A stretch of 63,932 nt of DNA, counting the filler, from Choristocarpus tenellus KU-1152 (taxonomy: Eukaryota > Protista > Phaeophyceae), in NCBI GenBank assembly GCA_964200185.2. It is 12 parts of 12 records of this genome, joined end to end, with 100 filler letters (N's around TTAATTAATTAA, not from the genome) between each part and the next. Parts side by side here need not be neighbours in the genome. Positions count along the whole stretch, not along the records: positions 38,642 to 46,228 come from CAXNAD020005925.1; positions 46,329 to 50,229 come from CAXNAD020017246.1; positions 50,330 to 53,853 come from CAXNAD020019463.1; 9 more parts are not named here. One strand, 5' to 3'. Shown piece by piece: positions 38,849-51,475 of the stretch (its first letter is position 1; every line of letters begins with the position of its first letter). Made by a program: the position numbers and the translations under genes. Under the pieces are notes generated by a model. The model saw only the letters and a list, made by a program, of their open reading frames with translations. It searched no databases and was not told where the DNA came from.

Positions 38849-41800
38849 CGTAGCCATTGTAAAGTCCTCCTCGCTGCTCTTCCCAATCTCCCTGTCCAAC
38901 GACTCCACGTTCGCGTTCAATAGGGCAAGGTGTGACAAACGCTCCGGAGACAAACTTACCTGACAGAAATAGAAAAAAAAGGGGGGGACAAAGCATCAAT
39001 GCAGGGGGGGGGGGGGTGAGGATTAAGTTGTACAAAAAAACTACTCAAAAAATCCCTTCACAGTGGTGCAATGCTGCTGTGCTTGAGATGAGGCTAGGGT
39101 TTATTTAATCCACAGTAGTGCTGCAAGAGAGATGGCAGTGCAGGCCATCTTAGCTACATAGGACTACCAGAAAACATCAAAACACCGCCACTATATTGCT
39201 TCGCTCACTCAAAAAAATTCTACGAAGGTGGGAAACCAGAAAGTTTCCAGACTAGAGCATAGAACGCACTCTACAATGGAAACCCCTGAAATGATGCAAA
39301 ATGCAGGAGCAATGTGCCTCTTTTCCCAAATAAAAAAAAGATGCATTAAAAAAACACCATACAATAAAAATTTATTACATTTTTTCTCCCTATCCTCTGC
39401 CATATTATTAATTCAATAAAAAAGGACCCAAAGTTTGAGAAATAACAAAAAAAATGCTAAACTTTTCAAGGTGCACCACTGTCGTACCCATTGCTGCTTC
39501 TAGAAATAAATATTTACTTTATTGTCACTATGCCTTCCCTCGACCAATCAAAACCAAGCATATACGTAACCCCTATTGTTCCTAATAAATCCTTCAATTC
39601 GATAGAGGAAAAAAATCCCAACCCTACCTACCTCCAGCCTGTGTCAATAAAAAAGAAGAAATTACATGCATACATATGCACACAGAAAAACCCGGCAATA
39701 TGAAAACATTGTATCAATAGCACATCAAAATTTCCTATACGTTAATTAAATAATAAAGCTTTTAAACATGCACAAAAAACCATAAACGACACGTTATTGT
39801 CGTTAATGCTACAAATGCAGCATACAAGCACAGTGGATCACATACCAAGAATTACATTAATATGATACTGGTGCAGCAGATTGAACACGCCTTCCACACA
39901 AATAGGTAACCAGAAACATATGTATCATATCATATCATATCAGAGAGAGAGCAAGCGAGATAGAGAATGTCAAGTATTGTCAATAGTAGTACAAGCACTC
40001 ACCCCATGCTTTTCAAATATCATCTGGGACAATTCCCATGCGGTTGGCTCCCTCTGCAAAGACTTTTGAAAATCTGCAAACGCCTTTACCATCCACTTCT
40101 GCTGAGCTCTCACCCCTTGCGGAATGTATATGCAGCGATCTTGCTGTAAAAAACAGACATATGGGGTCAATTGAATGTAACAAAGCAATGTCGGTCATCA
40201 CCAGGGGACGGACTGTCCTCAAATTTGATTTGGCTGCACTGCTGTGCCTTAGGCCCCTACACCAAACTACGTACAATTGGAAGAGAAAGAGCCAGTTACC
40301 TACACAAGACAAGATGTTGCACTATCATCCACCAACCAGGATTGAGCCCACTTTCAAACAAACTAACCCTACACTACAACAGGAACATATGCTCCTAAAA
40401 ATCTCTTCTCTGTATTGAACCACCCGTATGATATTTTTTATTTTTTGAGACTTGGGATCAGTGAGACCCAGAGCAGAGGGAGAGGCCTAACACTGACAAT
40501 GATGATAACTTGACATGCAAATATCTTGACATTCCCACCCCTCTTGTTCTCGACCTCACTGTACCAAACACTCACATAGTCCGCTGCAACTCGAATCTTG
40601 CAGTCTATCCACCACGTGGCATACGTACTGAAACGCCATCCCCTGCTGGGATCATACAAATCCACCGCCCTCATGAGACCCAGTGACCCTTCCTGAATAA
40701 GGGGCTGCCAGGAAAAATGAAAAAAAGTGGACCAATTCAATAATAAAAACAATTGTGTTGTGACTGTTTGGGGGTCAGGGGAGGTCCACAAAGACGCAAG
40801 AAAAAATGTGTTTAAACTACACCGTACTATAAATATCATCGCAACGGGGCCTAGTTCACCTCACTACAGCATCAGTGATGCAATCTCAAAGGAAAAAAAA
40901 TTCACTACCTAAAGGGACAGGGCAGGGGAGGGGATCAAGCCAGGGGGTGACACCCCTATTCCACTTCTGCTGTAGCGGTATAAATAAAATATACATACAT
41001 CATTTCTTGCGTATGTAATTCTAAAAAAATATCTTACGTTCCTCCTCCCAACCTCCCCCCCCCCGCCCCCCCCCAAGAGAAAACAAGGCTGAGAAAGTAA
41101 TACATTGCACCCGGTGTAAACCACAGCAGCACTCCAAGCAGAAAAAAACTCTATCACATTCAATCCACTCCAAATGGAAACGAACCCAAACCAAACCCGA
41201 GATGGCTCTGCCTCAGACCTACCTTCAAAAACGCTCGTCCCGCAGAGGCTTTCCTATACCTGGAGGCAATGGACACCACCAACGCAAGGTTACACACAAT
41301 CATCCTCTCACGCGCTTGTGAGCCCATGCTCAACGCCTGGTTGAACTCAACCTCCGACATCCCTGCCCTCCAACATGTCTCCTTGATAGTTGGCTCTCTT
41401 CCCAGCTCCTTCTCTAGTTGCTCTGTTCCCTGATGATTTTTTTTTGACAGGTGTCAATAACGACAGAAGAGCGTAGTGAGGATAAACTTTTATTCTCTTT
41501 CCCCAAACCCTGACATCACATGTGGAATCCTAGAGATGATAATCCAGCCTTGCATTTGTATCCTTGACTTAAATTTGTGCGGTGTGGTAAGAACACCTAC
41601 TTATCTTAGAATAAGATTTTGACAAGCTAACTCCAAGCCTCTCTTGACAAACGCTATATTCAGACAAGGAAATTATCTAAAAAAAATACTCTGCAAGTGG
41701 CACCATTGAATCTGCTTAGGTGAAGGTGAATCATACCTCATTCAGTCTATGATACCGTTGCACAAGCTTTCCGAGTCGGAATTCCTCCTCCTTGCTTAAC

Positions 41801-42426
41801 AGTCGGGACTTCGAAGAAAATTCTTCAAAGAAGGTAGCGTCTCCACTCCCCTTTTTCTTCGTTTTCCTGTTGAGTGCCCTGGTCATTATATTCTTCCCCA
41901 ATCCTTCAGTCGCAGCAGACCTTTGCCTTTCCGACCCCAGCTTAGGTGCAGCTACACCCACACTTTTCTCCCTCACACCTAGCCCACCCTCTGCCAATGT
42001 CCGTGGTCGCTCTGCAGTGGAGATTGCAGTTGATCCTAGCGCTTTCTTTACTGCAGATCTTCGCCTTCCTCTCCTTCGCAGCTCGGGTGTCTCCTCTGTC
42101 CGAACGCTTCCCTCAGCCTCCGTCATTGATGACCCACCATTTGCCATTACCAGGGGTGTCTCCAGCGTTGTCAGTGCAGCCCTACCAACTACCCCACACA
42201 TTTCTCTTCCCCTCTTTCCCCATCGCGCTGGCGCATGACACGTTGATATCGTAGGATTCGAGACGAAAGAAGCACCACCGCCATTGCAGTTGTTACTTTG
42301 GCCACGAACGGGGTCAGACCTGGCACCTGGTCGAGGTTGAGGCGATCCACCCCCACGAAGTACCGCTGCTGCTGGTGGGGAGTAAAGCATCGCCGCCAGT
42401 GCAGCAGCGATCATTGCTGTAGCCAT
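38849..42426 (-). CDS. Nucleus-encoded plastid-type sigma-70 factor, lacking region 4 exons (41737-42426, 41223-41429, 40576-40704, 40003-40143, 38849-38959)
   Basis: Hydrophobic N-terminus [21 protein letters not shown]; 1.2 [12 protein letters not shown]; LGREPT; 2.1 [20 protein letters not shown]; 2.2-2.3 [32 protein letters not shown]; region 3 [18 protein letters not shown]. All junctions are phase 0. Confidence 0.93.
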
Positions 42427-45251
42427 GGCTCAAAACCCAGCTATATTCTCTCAGGGCTCTTGTTTAGGGTGTCCAGTATATGGAAAACTGCGCGTTCAAA
42501 ACCAAAGGGATTGCGCTATCCCTTCTATCACCTTCTATGCAGGCCACACAAAAGCCTGTCGCTTTTTGTGAAGACAAAATCCTCCAAAGTCGAGGGTGAG
42601 GCGCAAGGGTTTCCCACTTGCCCTGCCTCCACCCTCTCGCGATGGAGAAACTGGCCTGTGATATGTGTTATAGTTTCAGAGGACCCAGAATCGTCAAGTT
42701 AGGTTCCATAACATTGTTGACAACACTTGCAGACTCGAGCGAAACATTAACACGATAGGGGACCTTGAGTAATGCAGCAAAGCATGGTGGTGGTGGATAA
42801 TTACCCATCCATCAGCATACTTCAATAAAGCGATCAGCCAAAGTCCACCAGGGTTGTAGATCTACGCTTCTGATAAGGACAACAAATCAGTCCTCCACCA
42901 GACAGTATTTGGGTGTGAAGATGGAAATGTATATGAAGAGGGATATGGACCACATGGGCCAAACAGCCAGGCTTTGCCAGCACGTAATTCCCACAGAAAT
43001 AAAAACTAGGTCATATCTGCTACGTATGGGGTGGGCAAGTAGGGAAGATACAGGTTGCAGACCCAGGATTTAGGAACCCACCCTCTGTGAGGTCCCAAAC
43101 ATCCGCAAGTTTCACTGTATCGAGACATAACGTTTCGAGGGAAATATCCGGCCATATCATAGACAAGTAACAAGAGCTTTACACTCACCAGTTGGATGAT
43201 CAAGTGAAAGTCTCCCAAGGCAGCAAATGAGCTTCCAATCCTATCCTTGAAGCGTAGGATTACTAGATTGCACATGGAAACTTCATCAACTTCCACAATT
43301 TGCATGAAAGTATTGTCATGAATAGGATATACCTCCTTTTTGACCAATATATTGTTTTCACATGAGTAGTCGTTGTTCAAGTATTATAGTAGTTGATGTT
43401 GGAATGGTGTTTACCTACCACCAAGAACCAAAACGAGTGAGTTATGGTGAGATCGATAGGAAGGGACGTGGAGGTGGGCATCCTGAGTGTGCAGATTATT
43501 GGTGTGAGAAACGTCAAGGTCGTGGGTGAGGGCTACGTCGATCGTTTCCTCTTGCCTCAGCTTCGACCTTTTTGCAGGGTCAGCCTTGGGGTAAGAGTGG
43601 CTTTGTACCTCAACAGTTATCCTTTGTGAACCTGAACAGGCGACCTCTAAGTCCACAAACGACCCGCCTTTCACTAGATCTATCTTTCTACCAAACACTT
43701 GAGGTGTTATCGATGTGGATAGGTCAGGATCACGAGGTGCGATGCCATACCTAAAGGTTGCCTCGATACGAACCCACACTTCCACATGACAACTTCACCC
43801 ATTGCACTGAAAGCGCCCCACGAAGGGAATAAACAGTCTCTGTTTATAAGTAGAGGTATACAGTATCCTCAGTCCCCTCATCATGCTACATGTTCTAAAT
43901 GCTTCTATTTCCCTCATATCTGTAACAAGGATCGTGAGGTGAACAGCGACGATGGGATCAAGACAAGTTCTGCTTCGTCTGGAACCGGGAGCAGATGTTC
44001 TTCCCTCTCAAGGCAATTGCCACACCATAGTGGAATATATTAATGGAGCATGTTCGATCTATGTATTTCTGTGTTATTAATAGAGTCATGAGATTGGACA
44101 AACCTACATATTTCGATTGTTGTCTGGGTTTTCATGAGGGGGAGTATTCACGAAGCTCGGGGTCCAAACTCAGTCGGCCACGTTACAGCTTCATCACATG
44201 GCCACCTTCGTCCTTTCGCCATTGAAACTGCTGTTGTTTTGACCAGTCGGAACCAACCCTCCTTGACCTGCCTTCTACATCGCTCTCTGAAGGTGCCGGA
44301 ATCTTGCATGGTTGGTGGGCAGAGAACTGGGGCAGGACTCCATCCACCAGGTACATGCTGCTCTCAGCACTCAATTGCCCGCTGGTGATGAAATATCGTG
44401 CAAAAATTGAGTAGAGCGAGGGGGGGTTATTTATGTATCGGGAGAAGATGCCATGTCTTGAAGCAATAGTTTGCTTTCAAGTATGATCTTGTGATACCTC
44501 TTCCCTTTCAGCCATTTACAGTTTAATTTGCAGATTTTTCCGATTGGTTTGGGTTTCGGCGCATCGCAGCCACATGCAGGCTCATGGCAGCGCAGTGCAT
44601 GTGATTGTAGAAACTCAAATTCGTATGGTGGTACTCTGATAGCAGCATTACTCTTTGTACTATATACTTCTTTCATATCGTTAGATTACTTCCTTCCAAT
44701 TTTTTTTCACAGTCTTGCTGTGTTGTCGAGGCGTTGATTATGTGATAGTGCAAACATAGCCTTCTGTTTGCTGCAAGATGCTTTCATGTGCTGCTTTTGA
44801 AACTTCTATTTGCACTTGAAGAAGTAAGATACTTTCGTGCACTATTCTTCTACCTCATAGTTGCACATGAAGTATTCACTTCCTTTTGAATGTGTTAGAG
44901 AGGAAGAGCACTCCTGCAGCATATCTCTGTGTAGCAAGAAGCTGATGGTGTCTTTCATGCACTCCACATTTGTTCTAAGTAGTAAATCCAATGGAGGTTG
45001 TTTCCTCTTACCGAATCCAACCCCTTAATTACATGCCCCAACATTGAGTGGATTTCTCCCACCTCCACCCTCCTGTCTGCCTTAGTTTTTTTTCTCTCAG
45101 CTCAGTCTGCCACACTGACCTCTGTTTAATATCTGGCGTTTCCTCAAGGACCAAGTTCGCTCCCTGCAAACCAAAATGCTCCTTTGAACAAGTGACTGTG
45201 TGGCATTTAAGCATCCATTAGGAGCCTCACCGATCGCCGATCACCGAACAC

Positions 45252-45305
<54 letters not shown>

Positions 45306-45466
45306 CTCTCCCTATAAGTAGACATGTCCATTGTACGATTGATTTCCTTTTCCGTGTTCCTTCAGAGGGTTTGGTAGTACAAAGTCTTTTGGGTTTTTTT
45401 GTTATTTATTTTTTATTTTTTGTATGCTTCCCGTGATGTCATTTGTTACCATATATAACATCATTA

Positions 45467-45511
<45 letters not shown>

Positions 45512-45517
45512 ACACAG

Positions 45518-46160
45518 GAGTTCCCTGAATCCTCACAATCTGTCTCGATTTGTAGAGAAACAGGAAGGCGTTCTCCGGGATGATCGGGCTGCAGGAGACA
45601 GGAATAGTCAATCCATTCCTATCACGGGACAACCGGGTGATGAAAACGACCCCGGTGGGGCAGCAGCGTCACCAGAGGCAGAGCAGCGCGTGATAAGCGG
45701 AGTAGAAGTTCCTGACAAAAAGAAAAACACGAGGGCGTCAACCACAGGGACGGCGGTAACTGACCCGAGGATTTTGGAGATGACCACGCTTCAAGTGCAG
45801 GTTCTCCACCGCCATTTGGGTGGGAACTCCAGCAGAGATGTTGATTGTTCTGGGGGTGAGTTGAGCCGGAAAATGAATTCATCGTTAGGGGTTGCGGGCC
45901 GGTGGGTGGGGGGGGGGGGCAAGAACATCGAGTCGAGTAGAATATGTGGAAGGCGGGAACTGGAGCGACAACGCCTTCCATGCGCGGGAGGTGCCGAGAG
46001 GAGGGAAAAGGTCATTGGGAAGTGTTTGTTGAACCTTTTGGAGATCATTAGCGGTCGACTTCCTCACTTGGAAGAGTGGATCTGGTTGGACACAGGAGGT
46101 CAATTGAAGATCTCGATTGATTACGATACCGCTGGGACCCTGCCCGTCCCAGGAGATCGG
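45518..46160 (+). CDS. Internal exon of a probable C2-domain protein
   Basis: One open frame between a CACAG acceptor and a GTGAG donor; TLQVQVLH ... KVIGKCLLNLLEIISG..EEWIWLDTGGQLKISIDY matches the last C2 strands. Confidence 0.6.
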
Positions 46161-46382
46161 GTGAGACTTGGGGGAAAGGGAGGGGGGGGGAGGGGGGAGG
46201 GGGGGGGTTCAGTAGTGTCCTTCCTGTCNNNNNNNNNNNNNNNNNNNNNNNNNNNNNNNNNNNNNNNNNNNNTTAATTAATTAANNNNNNNNNNNNNNNN
46301 NNNNNNNNNNNNNNNNNNNNNNNNNNNNAACAACCGTGCCCGCCGCTTCCCCCCCCGGTTTTTCAACCCCCTTTGCCAAAAA

Positions 46383-46423
<41 letters not shown>

Positions 46424-47899
46424 AGGAGGTAAAGAGGGGTGACTGTACTTCCATGGTTAAGTGAGGTAGATCGACTCCGAGTATTGGGGCCATTGCAGAA
46501 GGAGTGTGTAAATGGGTTAGGGTTAGGGTTAGGGTAACCCGAAGCATTTGTGGATAAGATTCAAGTGCATGCGTGCGTGCGTTCGTGCGCACGTGCGTGA
46601 GCGAGCGGGTGCGTGGATGCATCCGGGTCGTATTTTATTGTATTATTTTGGAGGGTGCTGCCGTGTCCGGAGAGCAACTCCTCTCCAAGTATGAACGTAA
46701 GGTCACTTGTGTGTGTGTGTCTGTGTCTGTGTCTGTGTGTTTTAACGTGAGAACACACAGGACATGCGTGTCTCATGCAACTTTTGCACTACTTCGGGAT
46801 ACAGGGTTAGGGCTTCAGGGTTGGAGGGGGAATGTACTTCTTGTGCATCCGATGTTTCAAGTTATTGGCTGAAGGAGTTCACATATCATACACATATATG
46901 TATGTATGTATTTATGTATGTATGTATGTGTACGCATACATATATGTGTGTATGTATGTATGTATATGTATGTATATGTATGTACATGCACACATTTGTC
47001 TGAAACCAACACATACACTCTACATACATACACACACACGTACATAGGAAGGAAGCACGAAATTTCTCCACACCATAGCACCACACACACATAAATGTGG
47101 GTGGTTTTGCTCTTTGCCTCTCTGTGTACATCTCTTGGTCTGAAAACAATTGGGTGCTTTACAGGCCTCGCGTGTGCTTGCACCTAGGAGCAACAGGGGC
47201 ACCGATCAAACTCAACCAAAAATCCACGAGCACAAGCTCAACCAATTACAACTCAGTGGCCATAATCACGTCAAGATTCATCGCTTCACAAGAGCAAAGT
47301 GGCGGGAAGAGGTACACCCTTCTCCTCTACGCAGAATATAATGGAAAAAAAAAGATGCATTTGGGTTTGTTTCGTGGCGTTCCTAGCTCTTTTTTCTCTG
47401 CAAAATAAACCCTAACCCCAAGATGTACGGACTTACAAAGAAAAGAAAATTGAGTGTCAAACTTAGGCAGAGGAAAGTAAGATCCAAGCGCCAAATTGGA
47501 CCTGTGCTATGCAGTGCTCTATGACATGAACATACATTTCCAGCAGCCAGGCAAGCAGTCAGGCAAGCAGTCAGGCAAGCAGCCAGGTAGGTCAACCACA
47601 TACTCTCCACACACGAAAACCACATTGGTCCAACTTCCACACAATTTCAGAGCATCGAATCAACAAACCTCCTGTACACCTAGCACGTGCATTATCTAAT
47701 GATAGTAGTAAATCTCTATATATGCCTGGAGAGATTTTGCATGGTGTAATTCAGCAGTTGATTGAGTATAGGACCAGTGCCTTCAAGTCCCAACCCCCAA
47801 GCCCCAACATAGTCAATGGGTCTTCCTTTTAGGATGGGATATCTATAGCTTTTCCTGTAACACCACCCCCCTGCCCTCCACTACTGCGACTACACTCAC

Positions 47900-49392
47900 C
47901 CAACGTCGAATTGAACGGATAGCCTTGACAGCACCAATGCCATTGTTTGCCACCAGGACCTGTCATGTCAAGGATCGAGGGACAAATCATCAAGGACTAG
48001 TAGGGTTAGGGAAGGCCAAGCACAAAGATAATAGTGGGATTGTCAGTGATGGCATACTAGACTTCAACCCTTTCACAACAGCTGAGGTACATCCATCACC
48101 ATATAGCTCATCCATGAGCCTCTCCATACCTGATGTATGACCCACATCTGTCACTCTTATTGCTATTGATGTTGTGCTAGGCTCTGCCATGAACAGTGAC
48201 AATCTGTACCTATCCTACATGTCACTATCGAAAGTATAGATCTCACATGAACATAACCTGAGTTTGAATTAGAACTCCACGGGTACCTGTTCTGTGTTAC
48301 CCTCTCTAAGCCTCTCGAATTGTGGCAAGGGCTACCTACAGCAATCGACACGTATCAACGTAGCACATGTGCTGGAGGCCTGTGTTCTTGGTAACATAAG
48401 TAGAGAACGTGGGAGAGCAACTGTGGGATGATGTCCATCACTGATGTTCTCAATAATAATCAGTGACACGATTACAGATGCAAAATACATTCCGTAACAG
48501 CATGACTATACCTCACTAGACATGCAATGAATAGATTTGTAATGGATTCAAAAATGGATAATTCAAGAAAAGAAATGCAATATGCGCCAGTGCGTCGAAG
48601 GCACGTTGGAAACCTCCGACGCGTTCCTGCGTTTCCAAGGAATTTCCAGAATGCGCAAGGAGAGAATATGTGAATAAAGGGGAAAGTAGTAAGGTAGGAG
48701 AGGTCGCATTAGTACTTGTGATACCGTCCTGTTATCGGGCCTTTTTCCTACTCTATGGCGTCGTACAGTGAGCTTGAGGAACCGACTCGATGAACAGCGA
48801 ATTTCCACCCTGGCTATAACCAAGCATAACCATCATGACCAAAGACGGCAACTCAGCCAATACTGGGGATAGCAGGAGATTGCTGGAAGATACCGGAAGA
48901 ACATCGAAGCGGTTGAAGGGCAAGCCAAAAATACTTCTGCAATCAAGGTAGTGGGAGGGAGAGCACTAAGATGCTGAGCAGTGATGTGTACAGAGGAAAA
49001 AATAATGTACTTTCGCACACTTGCCTACCCCCCACTGAACGTAAGGAAGATGCATGGTTGCAACGAGGGCAGGGGCAGAGTTCATAATGCATGTGCGGCA
49101 ACCAAAAGCTGGCAGCAGAAGCTGGGCAATAAAGGGCGGGGAGCAAGAAGATTCTAGACTAAGCACTGACCATTTGAGTAGCAGATGAAGAAATCGTATG
49201 ACTTTCATGTGCCTCCACTCCGCTTCACTGGCGTTTTGGCAAAGGGTGTTATGTCATGGAGAACTGATTCCTCGTTCCATCGTCACAGGGGAAATCATGA
49301 GTCACCAAACGCCTCACCTTCTTGATCACTCGATTACCGCCCCTTCGATGGACATAGTCCTCTAGGGAGGAGTACAACGCCCGTCCCTCCAT
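47900..49392 (-). CDS. ACC: Homomeric acetyl-CoA carboxylase, start of the biotin carboxylase domain (exons 49318-49392+, 47900-47959)
   Basis: Spliced [39 protein letters not shown] is the diagnostic eukaryotic ACCase N-terminus. The frame stays open upstream to ~49570, so the start codon is uncertain. Confidence 0.92.
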
Positions 49393-50129
49393 GCAGACGC
49401 TACTCTTCGACTTTGGAGAGGAACGGTCTTGGTGTGTGTCGTGATCACTAGATGCGAGAGGACGCTTGCAGTCCTCTGGCGACCCCAAGAAGCGGTGCAA
49501 GACCTCACCTAAATCGGCGCGATCTAATAGATCTGCAATACCAGTAGAATGTGCTCGTTGTGCACCCGTCCTGACAAGCAGCAGGTTGTAACTCGATCTC
49601 AAATATGAGGTTACTTATTCAGGAAAATTGACAAACGGGACCGTATTCAGTTTAGGGACAGACAACACCTTACTCATTCCACTGACTCTTTCTTTGATCA
49701 TTTCTGAACACCACATACTTCTGATTGGGCAAGCAACTCGGTATGTGAGATAATTGTAGTATTGATCGTTGAGTAATGACGTATGACGTATTGAGATATG
49801 ACGTACTTGTACATATCCGTTTTGTTCTTTGTTTTTTCCCCCTTTTTCCTTGTTGTGGAAATGAGTGACCAAGTGAGTGATGTGAACAAATAATAGTCAC
49901 AGATACAGGCAAACCCTATGCCGAATTCCTCGGATTTCTTCTGGATTGTGAGTTGTTGCTTACAGCCGTCAACCTCTCCACCATACAAGTAAGTGGAGAA
50001 GATGACCGACTTCAACCACTCTATAAGAACACCAACACATAAACGTGTGAAGACTGCACAACTTAAACAATAAAATACGTGCCTAACCACAACTTGAAGC
50101 TCAATTCTCAAACACTCAACCTTGTAAAC

Positions 50130-50229
50130 GAGCCAAAGTATCTTGGAGGGTAGAGCCGCGTCCATTTGGGGATCAAAATACAATGTTGTGATTTTGATGT
50201 CATTTTGGCTATCGTGTTTGTTAGGAAGT
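50130..50229 (+). mobile_element. MITE family A left part at contig end
   Basis: GAGCCAAAGTATCTTGGAGGGTAGAGCCGCGTCCATTTGGGG...GTTAGGAAGT. Confidence 0.92.
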
Positions 50230-50329
50230 NNNNNNNNNNNNNNNNNNNNNNNNNNNNNNNNNNNNNNNNNNNNTTAATTAATTAANNNNNNNNNNNNNNN
50301 NNNNNNNNNNNNNNNNNNNNNNNNNNNNN

Positions 50330-50478
50330 CCCTTAAAAAGTGCCGCAACATTTACAAAAAAAAAATATCGACACTTTTTCCGCACCATTTTCGGTCAAAC
50401 CCATCCTCCATAGTATCCTCCATCCTCAATTTTGGGAATACGCTGTTATATCTCTGAAGGACTTCTTTTTCCAAACCC
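50330..50478. repeat. Repeat family C (loop plus arm) at contig start
   Basis: ATATCGAC loop, TTTTCGGTCAAACCCATCCTC..CTCCATCCTCAATTTT..CTGTTA. Confidence 0.7.
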
Positions 50479-50716
50479 ATCCGAATCGTGATCCTCCCCA
50501 CTTCCTCAGTTCCGCACTTTTCCTGCAAGCCCTTTCAGTCTTGCACTTTTTCAACCGTGACCTTGTCCTTACGGTTACGGTTCATCTTCGTCCGTCTGGT
50601 CCGTCTTGCCCAGTGATTCTCTTCGCCATCCTTGCCTGAGGGAACCACGCCGCCACAGAATCACCCGGTTCATAATGGGGTATGCTCGTACCATTTTTGA
50701 ATGTTCCTGCTACAAC

Positions 50717-51058
50717 ATGGAGTCACACAACACTCCCACAACCTCCACGGCGAGCCCCCACAGTCCGTCATCCACGGCACGAAGCCTACCGTCTAGGGGA
50801 AAGAACTGCGAGCTGACTGAGGAAGGTCGGACCCCACTTCCTCTGCGTTACGCATTGGCTCTTCCTCTAGGTCACGAGAGACTCCCAAGGGATGTGGGGT
50901 CTGAATTGGCGAAAGAGTTTGGAGTGGGAGAGGGATACCATAGAAGGGTGTGGGCGTGCGTCAAAGAACAGTTAGACAGGGCCCTCCATAATCATCCAAG
51001 CAAAAATCTTAGAAGTTACCAAACAAAATATTCTAATATTTCTTTCCATCACTCATGA
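50717..51058 (+). mobile_element. Truncated Tc1/mariner-like transposase N-terminal HTH
   Basis: ELTEEGR..ERLPRDVGSELAKEFGVGEGYHRRVWACVKEQ resembles the L.RG....A..FGV...I.R.W HTH of plant/oomycete-type mariner transposases; no DDE domain follows. Confidence 0.5.
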
Positions 51059-51283
51059 ATCGCTCTAGTTACACTATATTGCTTCAAAGGCATTTGTTAG
51101 GTCATGTATGCTATAGCAAGATTGAATGTGTACAGTACTACAACGTATGTCCCTATGCAAACAAGGCTTACTTCTGTATGGTTGATTGCAAAGTTTAAGA
51201 CCCCTCCTTAAAACTCTTAAGCAATGAAGAAAATCAAGGAGGGTATCGATTTCTTGGTCAGCGTGTTCATGAAGAACAGTTAC

Positions 51284-51475
51284 TCAATTTCCACAAGTTA
51301 ACACGTCAAGTGTTTTGTGTATTAAACCACCTGCTCCTCTCAAATTAAGAACCCCTGTAGGAATCTCATGAATGTGCACCTCACAGAGAATTTGGTAGGA
51401 TTGTATACAATGGAGCAAAATCACTTGAATATTAGTGACAGCATATACGGTCATGTTCAGAATCGTCATCCACAT
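51284..51475 (-). mobile_element. Possible Gypsy protease relic
   Basis: ILCEVHIHEIPTGVLNLRGAGG parallels LKHLDVHHVPPGAINLCTANG at ~215-290; the catalytic motif is eroded. Confidence 0.35.
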
